Positions 52,509-64,000 of a DNA stretch of 64,000 nt are shown here, one piece after another (within the stretch, counting starts at the first letter, position 1; every line of letters starts with the position of its first letter). The stretch is from Octopus vulgaris (lineage: Eukaryota), in contig OX597820.1 of the NCBI GenBank assembly GCA_951406725.2, positions 43,524,001-43,588,000 of the forward strand. The letters run 5' to 3'. The position numbers were made by a program, and so were the translations under genes. The notes beneath the pieces are model-generated. The model worked only from the letters and a program-made list of their open reading frames with translations, was not told where the DNA came from and ran no database searches.

Positions 52509-54935
52509 AATCGCAAGTCGAAGGTAACAATATAAATTTTGTGAAGAACCAGTAACACAGGTTAAAAGTAGAACAATACCGTGGTCTTGCTGATCATTTA
52601 CAGAATGTTGCTAATGCTGCAAATGCTCGAGGTAGAACGCACAGTTATCTTGCTTTCATCATTTCAAGGTTCTCCAAGGAATATGCATGAGCGCTATCAA
52701 GCAGCCATGGCTATTGTGTGCATATATGGTCCTCTTGATATCTTCCTCACAATAACCTACAATCCTAACTGACAAAAAAATCAGAGAGAATTTACTTCCA
52801 GGTCAAACTTCATCAAATTGACCAGACTTGGTGGTCTGTGTACTCAGTATAAGGCTGCGTGAACTCTTGTATGACATCACTAAGAAACATATATTTGGAA
52901 GAGTCACTGCTTACTCCTACATCATTGAATTTCAAAGGAGGGGCTAACCACATGCCCACCTGTTGATCATTTTGCACCCTGATGATAAATTGGATGATCC
53001 TCAAAGAATTAATCAATTTGTGTGTGCCGCGATTCCGGATACCACCACTGAACCCTTACTACATGAAACGATAAAAAGTTTCATGGTCCATGGGCCTTGT
53101 GGTGATCTCAGCCCTGTTGCTCCCTGCATGGAGGATAACAAGTGCCTTAAAGAATTTCCAAAGGAGTATCATAAAGAGACACGGATAAACTCAAGCGGTT
53201 ACCCGTTGTGCAGGCGACGTCTAGGCACATTAGTTCGAGTTCGCAGCCATGCAATTGACAACCGATATGCAATGCAGTGCCCTACAATAATTATCTGTGC
53301 CGTAAGTTGAATGCTCCTATGTGTTGGGATTTGCATCTTCGTCTCCTCTGTGAAAAATATTTACAAGTATATCTACAAGGAATATGACTCCGTCAATGTT
53401 GACATCACTGAAACAAATTCAAACAATGAGATTGTGCATGATGATGTACGCAACCATTTAGATTGCTCCTGAAAGTATGCAGCGCCTGCTTGAGAATGCA
53501 TGACAGATCTCATTCAGTTATTCCCCTGCCAGTCCATCTGCTACAAGAGCAACTTATATACGTTGAAGAGGGTCAAGAGAGACAGGCGCTTGAGAGAGCA
53601 GCACAGAACACACCACTGACAGCTTGGTATCTTCTGAATCAAACAGATGAAAATGCCCGCAATTTTCATTATTCGGATATTCCGTGCTGTTGTCTTCATT
53701 AAGTAGACTGTTCAATGGAAGCATAGACAAAGAGGAGGTGATAAAGGCATCGTTAGCCCGAAGGAACAGGAACGATTTTACTTGAGACTGTTGTTGAGCA
53801 TTCCGGGAGATCGAAGTTATGAGGATATGAAAACAGTAAATGATGTAGTCTGCAACTAATTTAAAGAAGCTGCTCTCTTAAGAAATTTAGTTGAAAATGC
53901 ATAGAAGTGTCCCTTACAAGTAAGCCATTTCAGCTAATACAATTGTTTGCTTTCATTTGCATCTTCAACACCTCAGCTAACCATTCACAGTTGTATCACC
54001 AGTTTGAGGAGGAGATGATTAAGGTTTTCACAAGAACTAACACTCGAGAGGTGGCCATCCAGAGAGCATTAAATGACATTGAGTCAATACTGCGAGCACA
54101 TGGGCTATGCTGCAGGGATTTACATCCCAGGCACAGCAACCTTTCATGAAGTAACTGCTGAAAAGAACAATGTTGAAAGGGTCGATATTGAGCGGTGCAT
54201 TGCATCCTTCACTGAGGCCCAGCTCCAGGTCTATGGACACTTTATTGCAGCCATCAATAACGATGAAATACAGAGTAGATTATTTTTCCTCAATGGCCGT
54301 GGAGGTACGTAAAAGACCTCCCTGTACAATACATTGATAGCTCCTCTAAGAAGGCAAAACAAATGTCTCCTTTCCTATGCTACTATAGGCATAGCTGCTG
54401 ATTTGCTCAATGATGAAAGGAGTGTTGAAAGTGGACTCAAACTACCCGTTCCATTGCATTCTCACATGAGAATCCCTTCAGAGTCATACGAAAAAATAAA
54501 GCAGGCTCACCTTTGAATTATTGATGAAGTATCAATGTTATCATGCAATGCTTTGAGAGCCATTGAGACAAATTATGAATTTTCCCAGACCATTCGCTGG
54601 AAAAGTGCTGCTACTTGGCGGAGACTTCAGATAAACTGCATGTATAATCCCGTGAAGATCCAATGCAGTAATATTTGATTCAAGGATATTTTTCATTCAT
54701 GGAAATATACTTAGTGGAAGTAAGAAAGGAGATTAGGCGTTTATCTTAGTGAGACAACTTTTTCCCTTAGTATGAGTAGACAACAGTTTCCTGGTATCCC
54801 AGCATTTGCAATGACTATTAACAAATCACAAGGGCAGATCTTCAATAATGCTGGCATCATTCTACCATCACCAGTATTCGGCCATGGACAACTTCATGCA
54901 GCATTGAGTAGATGTAGAAGCAGTAATAATATTAG
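52509..54935 (+). pseudogene. Decayed Helitron RepHel (HUH Rep + Pif1-like SF1 helicase)
   Basis: Across frameshifts and stops: SSFQGSPRNMHERYQAAMAIV, DIFLTITYNPN, IEFQRRG.(P)HAHLLI, MVHGPCG, GYPLCRRR, FFLNGRGGT*KT (Walker A), IIDEVSM (Walker B), LLLGGDFR, AFAMTINKSQGQ, PVFGHGQLHAALSR. Confidence 0.93.
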
Positions 54936-54977
54936 CAATAACACACACACACATATATGTAATATATATATATATAT

Positions 54978-55327
54978 AAACTTAGATAAACTTAGATATG
55001 TTTCGACCAAAGATTGGTCCAGGCCATGTCTAACTTAATAGCACCACCTGATAGGATTATTCGAATCCTGTTTCAGTCAAGTTTTGTTCAAGTAGTGAGT
55101 TCTTGTTCGGTGAGTTGTATCCAATTATGGGTGGCTTATCTGGTATTCTTTGAAGGAATCTATCCAGACTCTGTTTAAAGTTGATGGGATCCTTTTCCTC
55201 TTTGATCTCTCTCGGGACAATGTTAAATAGGGCAGGGCCTGTTGAGGAAAAGAAATTATGTTGCAGTGTACATGTATGTTGTGATCTTGAATTGGGCAGG
55301 GGACGTATAGCCCGTGGTCTAAGTCTT

Positions 55328-55330
<3 letters not shown>
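54978..55330 (-). mobile_element. Second copy of the same CR1/L2-group LINE 3' end in (TA)n
   Basis: Closely similar to 10498-10816, slightly longer at the 5' side, with a small deletion near the stop codon. Confidence 0.85.
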
Positions 55331-55390
<60 letters not shown>

Positions 55391-55645
55391 AAATTTATAT
55401 TTAATGTAGGGTAAAATTTTTTTCGAAAAAGAATTTTATCAATGGCCAACATATTAAAAAATACCTTTAAAGATTAAATTTATAAGCAACTTATAAGTAG
55501 GAGGGTTCTTATGAACTAACCCTGAAATCGGTCCGATATGGTAATAATGGAATTTTTTAGAAATTTCTGTCAACCTTTTTTGAGTAGCGTGCGTATTGTG
55601 AAAAATTCTATGGTCATGGTCAAGGTGTCCCTTATTTATAAGTTG

Positions 55646-55695
<50 letters not shown>

Positions 55696-56015
55696 CGTCT
55701 GTTTGCTAAGTTAACTGTGGCTGGTTCATCTTGATGTAGCTGAGTTTGGTTATGCATTAACTGGTCAATTCTGTGTACTTTGTAGATAAACTGATGACAA
55801 GAAGAACCAGGTAAATTCAATACTATTCTTTATTACAACTGTTATGAAAATTCATGGCAAATGTCTTACATATTGAGAAGTAACTGGTTTGGTAATTTTA
55901 ATTAACTATATCTGGAACAGTGGAAGTTGTTTTATAATTGAAATTCTGTAGCATCTTTATGGGGAGCGTTAGCAGCAGGTAAAAAAACGGGAAGACATCA
56001 ACTTGACTTGTGATT

Positions 56016-56108
<93 letters not shown>

Positions 56109-57349
56109 TCTCTCTTTTTCTCCTCTCTGCTTTATAGCGTGAGGGATCGTTCATTATATTAGTGGGCAGGAAGAGAATTTTGTGCGTTAGGATAAAAAAT
56201 ATTGCTCAAATACCTATCGGCTAGTTAAGACCATCCAATCTTTGCAATAGATTTAGTTCGACCCTAATCGCGTAATCAAATGTTGACAATGCTGAAACAC
56301 GCCCATATGATACAGCCGTGTAAACAATATGCAAACCTAGAAGTACTAATATTGGATAGCACAGAGTGAAATCTGAAAGTGAAAGAGTTTTATATTGTAC
56401 TCTACTACATTCCTAACAGAATATATTTATAAACACTACAACTGCCAGAAATGTATTCTAATAGAAGTAAGAGAAATAAGATTTAAAATTGAGGTACCTG
56501 CTGACAAGGCACTTGATGTGACACATCCGCACATACGATGCATCTCAACTGATTGTATTGGATCTCACTCGCGTGACACTGGTGCACAGTATATCGAAAC
56601 GATCGTAGTGAATGATACAGAATCTCCCGATTACCATTTTCTTTCTCTCATATATAAAGAAACGATATTTAGGCAACATATTTCATCTCAGTCTCCAAGG
56701 AGGGCCAATTCATCGTTTGATAATAATTGGTATCATCTCTAAATTAGAACGAAAGATAATTGGCTAGTTTGAATTACATGTATTTTCTCATCTTCCATTT
56801 ATTTATGCACTTCGCGTGGCCCACGAATGTGTTCAACACGTTTATGTAAAGGTTGAAGTCACGAAACCACAGACAGCACCGTGCGAATATTAAAGAGCTA
56901 AAGACTCCCAAAGAAGCAGAAATTCATGACTTTGCCTCTCATCTTGTATGTATACATTCTGATTGCCTTTTCCAACTGACATGTCAATATTGAAAACTAC
57001 TTAGTGATTGAGATTATCTCGCCTTCTTATTTGGAGTTGATTCCAATTGTTATCGAGCAATTGCTCTAAACTATCTAGAAGCGGAGATAATTCCAATAAA
57101 ACAAGACTTTAGCATATATATCTAATACACCCTTTTTCATATATACGTATGTGTGTATGCGTATGACTATATATATATATACATATACCTAAATGTGTGT
57201 TTATGTTGGTATGTGCGTGCACTTCAGAGAAACATGAATGATTGAGGAAGCGACGAAGAAGGTGAGTTGAATAAAGAAGAGTAGCTGAAAATTTCCGGCG
57301 AAAAATGCACGGAACAAATTTCATATACATAACGCTTAATAATAAAAGC

Positions 57350-57396
57350 AATAACAATAATAATAATAATAATGATAATAATAATAATTATTATTA

Positions 57397-57466
<70 letters not shown>

Positions 57467-57489
57467 CATCATTTTTATTATTATTATTA

Positions 57490-57562
<73 letters not shown>

Positions 57563-57609
57563 CATTTTTGTTATTATTATTATTATTATTATTATTGCTA
57601 TTATTATTA

Positions 57610-57652
<43 letters not shown>

Positions 57653-57691
57653 TATTATCATTATTATTATTATTATTATTATTATCATTAC

Positions 57692-57764
<73 letters not shown>

Positions 57765-57765
57765 G
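57350..57765. repeat. Long (AAT)n/(ATT)n microsatellite
   Basis: Directly visible; it generates the poly-I/Y/N/L ORFs. Confidence 0.97.
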
Positions 57766-58107
57766 GTGATGATGACGACGACAAAGACATTGGGAATACA
57801 AAGAAATAGGGAACATGTAACAACGACAATAAACATAACAACAACATCAGAAACGAAAATAGCAGCGACAGTAATATGAAGAACGACAAGAACGACGACA
57901 GAAATCCTGAAAAAAAAAAAAGGAATGAAAGAAAATAAACAAATAAATAAATAGATGAATAAAAAAGTAATGGAATTTTAAACAAAAGCAAAACTGAATT
58001 ATCCTATTCTTTCGGAATAAATGTTTGTTTGAGTAGATAAATATAACCAATGTCTACAAAAAGAAAATGTTTCAAAATGCTAAACAAATAGATTAGAAAT
58101 AGCTATC

Positions 58108-58138
<31 letters not shown>

Positions 58139-58378
58139 CTGCCGCTACACAATCGCCATCACTACCCACACCATAAATTTATCAAGCTTTTATAAGAGAA
58201 AAAAATTTTACATAGAACCATAAGAATTTGTTTGAGGTAGTCTCTTACATACTATAGCGAAGGAAGAATGAAATTGGAAATTTCGTTTGAAATTAACTGC
58301 AGGGGTTTATGAAAATAAATATTAACAAACACTGAATATATATATGTGTGCGTGTGTTTGTGTGTTTGTGTGTGTGTA

Positions 58379-58442
<64 letters not shown>

Positions 58443-58513
58443 CTGTGTCTGTGTGTGTGTGTATACATATCTATATATGTATATATATATATGTGTGTGT
58501 GTATACATATCTA

Positions 58514-58575
<62 letters not shown>

Positions 58576-58939
58576 TATACATCTGTGCGTGTGTGCGTGT
58601 GTGCGTGCTTGTGGGTGTATGCATATATATACATACACAGACAAATACATTACATATATATACAGAGAGAGGTGGGGAATTCTCCATATATGTCAGTGTG
58701 CATTAAATCTGTACGTATGTGCAAATATCTACACACCCACACACGTACACGCAAGAAAGTTCGAAATAAATGGCATTGCAATATAAGTACGTGGAGGTGG
58801 TGGTAATGGTGGAGGTGTGGATGGTTCTGGTTTATAGGATGATGGTGTTGGATGTGAAAGTGGTTGTGTAAATATGATATTGAAGGTCGGAATAGTTACC
58901 CTAGCGCATCACGTAAAATGCTTAGCTACATTTCTTTAT

Positions 58940-59680
58940 GTTCTGATTTCCAAATCAATTGGCTGGACTGTTCCATTGGACATTTTGGCCTGGCAGTGCT
59001 ACCAGTGGGGACTCTACAGGCATGGAGGTGCCGTCAACCGGTCTTGCCCGAGATGCGCACAGAGCGACCGGACTTTTCAGCGCGCTCTAATCCAGTGCCC
59101 GAGTATTACTAACCTGTGAGTTTACGTCAAACACTTGCTGCAATGTGTATGACAAATCCGGCAATGGTCTGAGTCCATTTGGGAAGATTGTTCCACCTGC
59201 CTTCCTCTTGATGGAATGGCAGGCAGTGTTTCTATGTCTGCTGGCGTTAGCGAAGGAGTTTGTGCGGTGGACCACATTGAAAGAGACGAAGGCAGAAACT
59301 TTCCTGTTTGGCCCAACCCAACTCAAGGCTTTTAAGTTTCACGTGAAAAAGAAAGTAAAGAAGTGGGAAATGCTACCTCCCAGCAATTTAGTTGAAAGGT
59401 AGGTGAATGTTGCAAGAATAGTCCTAGAGAACAAACCAACTATACGCATACGGCTATAGACGTTATTGAGAGAGCACTTGCCCTAGTGATCAGGGCATTC
59501 TTGGTTTTGTAGGCTTTCCAGGGTCTACCACAGGAAGTCTCCCACTTTTGGGGAATATTTCGTTTGTTAAAAATTTATTCTATGGTCTTCACTGTCTACG
59601 TGTTTAACTTTTTATGCAAACCCCATATTACATTGTCTTGTACCGACCCCAATGTTTTTTGTGGTTAATGAAGAAAACAT
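58940..59680 (+). mobile_element. Decayed L1/Tx1-like LINE 3' end (ORF2 C-terminal CCHC region + 3' UTR)
   Basis: LAWQCY..LYRHGGAVNRSCPRCAQSDRTFQRALIQCPSITNL, then VFLCLLALAKEFVRWT..FKFHVKKKVK. Confidence 0.75.
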
Positions 59681-61715
59681 TTTTATTATTATTATCTATA
59701 TTATTAATACGCCAACTTGATGTTTTTGTACGTCTGTACCTGTGGTGTGCGTCACACTTACCTCAAAGGAAGAAATGAGTGGCAAAACGGGAGAGAGGAG
59801 GACAGAAAAGAAGTGAGAGATAAAGAGATAGTGAGAGAGAAGGAGAGAGAGTGACAGAGACGGGGAGTGATGACGGCCTTCGTTTTGTGTTTTTAAATGT
59901 TTATCACATCGCAAGAACGTTGATACATTGATACATACACACAATGTTAATTAAAAAGCGGGAGAGGGGGACACAGAAGAAGTAAGAGAGAAAATGAAAG
60001 AAAGTAGATACATAGATCGAAAAAAAGTTGATACGTAGACACATAGACTCATTGTTAAATCAGAGACTCATTGTTAAATCAGAGACAACTACAGCAAATA
60101 TTGGATGTCACTTTCACTTTCACGAGGATAAAATTAATTCTCGCAAGTAACTGAGTACTCCACAGACATGATTACCATTAAAGTAGTTCTCAGGGCAATT
60201 CAGCCTCAACAGAATATGACAAGGCAGGCCTCTTTCCATTACTGCTACAACTCATTTTGGCCAGCTGAGAGCACTGGAGCAAGATAAACCTTCAAGTGGT
60301 TGGAAGAAAAAGAAAAAACATCCTATATAGGAGCAGGAAAATCTTTTTTGTTGTTAGGGTCACTGTACGTGTTAGTCCGGTCCTAACAGCCGCATTTGTG
60401 GGTCTCACAGATCTGGCAGTCAAGCCCCCAGATAAACAACCATGCGCAGGATATTGTTATCAAACTGAGCGTGAATCGAGGTCAAATACACGACGGAATA
60501 GCAATTATTTTGTCTTAGCTTTCACTTTTTATACTAAACACATGACATTTTCTGCTTTACGATGTGAATCCTTTCCTTTACTTTTACTCTTTTTAAAAAA
60601 ATGGCACTCTGTCTGTTACAGCGACTAGGTTCCTATTTATCTGATCAATAGAACAGTCTGCTCGTAAAATTAACGTGCAAGTGGCTGAATACTCCACAGA
60701 CATGCATACCATAAGGTAGTTCTCTGGGCGATTCAGCCTCACACAAAATGTGACAAGGCTGGCTCCTTTGAATTACAGCTACAACTAATTTTTACCAGCT
60801 GAGTGAACTGCAGCAAAGTGAAGTAGAGTACGTTGCTCAAGAACACAACGCGCCGCAGGGAATCGTACTCATGACTTTACGATGTAAGCAGAATACCCCT
60901 AAGCGCTGAGCCATGCACCTTCACTCTCTTAGCTATAGAGAAGAGGAGTGAAGCGATAGAGACACAGAAAGGAAAGCCTCAGTCATTTACAATAACAATT
61001 AGATTGAAATACGATCGATCTTTCCTGGCTCCTTTACTTTTAAACAATGAAGAAGGAAAGACGTTTAGTAATGAATAGAGGGAAAGTCAGGTGTTTACGT
61101 TTTTATTCTGGGAGTTCTAGAACGGTCGAGTGTTAGTCCTCTCTTCTTTCCCCACCCCGGTACTTATTCGCCTTCTTTCATAGATCTTCATGATCCTCCT
61201 TTCCTTTTCTTTCTTTTTTTTTCATACAAAAACTAATGCAAATTTCGAACGGTGCATAACTGTGAAAACTTGGCAATACCTCCAACAAAATTGATGGCGT
61301 GAAAAAAGTTGGCAACAGGTGGCTACACGAAATTTAAATCTGTACTTTAAGCACCAGGCTTACAGGGAATAGGCCCAGGGGGCGATTTCTTCAACTATGG
61401 CCACCGTCAAATGACTGGAACATGTAAAAGAATAAATGAATACTGGTAGAATGTTCAGTAACAAGTAAACCAAGAAGGTTCTTCGAATATGTACGATGTA
61501 TTTTAAGGCTAAATATAATTCTGTTTATGTTTGCGTAACTGAGATATTTCTTATTGGTTTTACACTTCTTTCTATATTCCGTAACTGCCACAATATAGAA
61601 ATATTTCTCATGGCACCAGCACACAATTTACAGATGTTTACATTTTTATATTATCCGTAAATTTTTCACGGGACAAGCGAGTTATTATTGTTGTTGTTGT
61701 TGTTGCTACTGCTAA

Positions 61716-62219
<504 letters not shown>

Positions 62220-62451
62220 TTGTTTTAAGGCTGCAAGCTGGCAGAATCATTAGCACTCTTAGTGGTATTCCGTTACCGCTGAGGTGACTTTGACTTTCCT
62301 CCTTTCGGGCTCGATAAATCAAGGACCAGTTGAGTACTGGGGTCGATGTGATCGACTGCGCCCCACCACCACCACCACCACCACCAAATCCAGGCCTTGA
62401 GCCTATAATAGAAATGATTATTATTGTTGGTGTTGTTATCATCATCATCAC

Positions 62452-62485
<34 letters not shown>

Positions 62486-63039
62486 GCGTGAGAGAGAAGT
62501 GCATGCCATCAAAGTGACACTGGGGTAAAATATACGAAGCCCAGTATACCCATCATGACTACCCCTCTGATAAGGGTACACTAGGCACATGCATCACAAC
62601 CATATGTGCGCGACATGGTGATCTCATATCAAAATAACCAGCACATGACCTTGCAGGTGGGGCCCAGTTAGAATTTTCTTCAGGTCGAGTAACCCATCCC
62701 ACTCGAAAGGTCTCTGAATAAGGGTTGTTTAAGGATGTTGAACGAAACACCCATGTTTCCAGAGGTGAATTATTCAAACCCCAAAGAATCCCTCTCAACA
62801 CATGGCTATGATGCTCCCCCACTACTTCTGCTCGTGATCAGAGATGCACATATCGTCAGCCACTAAGGGACATGCTCAACTGGTTAAAAATCAAACAACT
62901 GACAAGCAAATCTGTGGTATTGAGCAGAATATTTGCTGTAGCCCATCTTTTATACCAAGACAAAACAATGTACATGATAACACTTCCAATCAGTTAAGAT
63001 CAGAAGCCATGAGAGCCACTGCCTGGTACTGCATCAGGG

Positions 63040-63040
<1 letters not shown>
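62486..63040. mobile_element. 555-bp non-coding interspersed element inserted within (ATT)n
   Basis: GC-richer complex sequence sharply bounded on both sides by ATT repeats, with no meaningful ORF. Confidence 0.6.
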
Positions 63041-63112
<72 letters not shown>

Positions 63113-63127
63113 TTTATTTTTATCATT

Positions 63128-63249
<122 letters not shown>

Positions 63250-63865
63250 ATTTCTTTTAAACGCTTTCGTATCTGTAGTTACCGGAGAGTACTTCTGCTC
63301 ATTCCATAAATCGAATTCTAAAACATAGCAGTTGGTCTTTCGTTTCTCGTTTTTGACGTTGCCCACGCTTTTGCTCTCATTGATGATATCGACTATGATG
63401 ATGATGGTGCTGATGATGAGGATGATGATGACAATGATAACGACGATGACAATGACGATGACGACGATTTGGTTATTGTCATTGTTATAGTCATAAATGT
63501 TGGTTTTTGATGAGGGTGTTGGCGATAATTTTAGCTGTGACATGTAAATATATATATATATATACATGTGTGTGTGTGTGATTGTGCGTGTGTGTGTGTG
63601 TGATTGTGCGTGTGTGTGTGTGGGGACGGTGGTGCTATAATTGGTTTGCTTCAAGATATATTCTAACTATAGATGCTGTCGTCTTGCTTCTTTCTGATCT
63701 TAGCATCTTTTTTTTACTCGCTCCTTTGCGCCGTTGGTTAATGTTGCTTGATTATTTCTAACAATTGCGCTGCTTTAGTAGTAGTAGTAGTAGTAGTAGT
63801 GCATTGTTAGTGAACATTGGGTGAGGATTTATAACTCGTTTTGATTTTCATATTGTTATCATATG

Positions 63866-64000
63866 AAGGCGCATGCTTCAGTGGTTAGAGCGTCGGGCTT
63901 ACGATCGTGAGGTTGTGAGCTCGAATCCCGGACCGGGCTGCGTGTTGTGTTCTTGAGCAAGACACTTTATTGTACGTTGCTCCAGTTCACTCAGCTGTAG
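63866..64000 (+). mobile_element. tRNA SINE 5' part, cut by the window edge
   Basis: cagtggttagagc...gagctcgaatccc..gtgttcttgagcaagacactttat, related to the family D head. Confidence 0.8.

Noticed and set aside
56395-56742. 115-aa non-repetitive ORF (also the ORFs at 10237-10425 and 60296-60628)
   Set aside because: No recognisable domain, mostly non-ATG starts, and lengths within chance expectation.
57224-57991. Long poly-Ile/Tyr/Asn/Leu ORFs, and the many [16 protein letters not shown] ORFs elsewhere
   Set aside because: Direct translations of microsatellites.

Overview
AT-rich, microsatellite-saturated animal genomic DNA. The SINE repertoire and repeat style suggest an octopus or other coleoid cephalopod (inference). 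I find no convincing host protein-coding gene; most listed ORFs are translations of (TA)n, (CA)n, (ATT)n or (GAT)n tracts. The only young, intact coding sequence is a 5'-truncated Penelope-like retroelement (PLE, Neptune-type: RT, Cys-rich linker, GIY-YIG). It forms a head-to-head fold-back at about 12.35-14.98 kb with ~1.04 kb near-identical arms. Each arm carries a minimal hammerhead ribozyme (HHR) with a compensatory U3-A8 core. Reading both strands by eye reveals about a dozen HHR-like motifs of several different sequence types. Most lie in short non-coding units beside (TA)n, including miniature fold-backs and a 497-nt tandem unit resembling a retrozyme. The rest is a fossil record: a decayed Helitron RepHel, a complete 400-bp non-autonomous Helitron, two Tc1/mariner elements, Tx1/L1-like, CR1-like and R4/Dong-like LINE fragments, about five tRNA-SINE families, and a 555-bp element inserted in (ATT)n. 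All calls are manual; boundaries of decayed elements are approximate.
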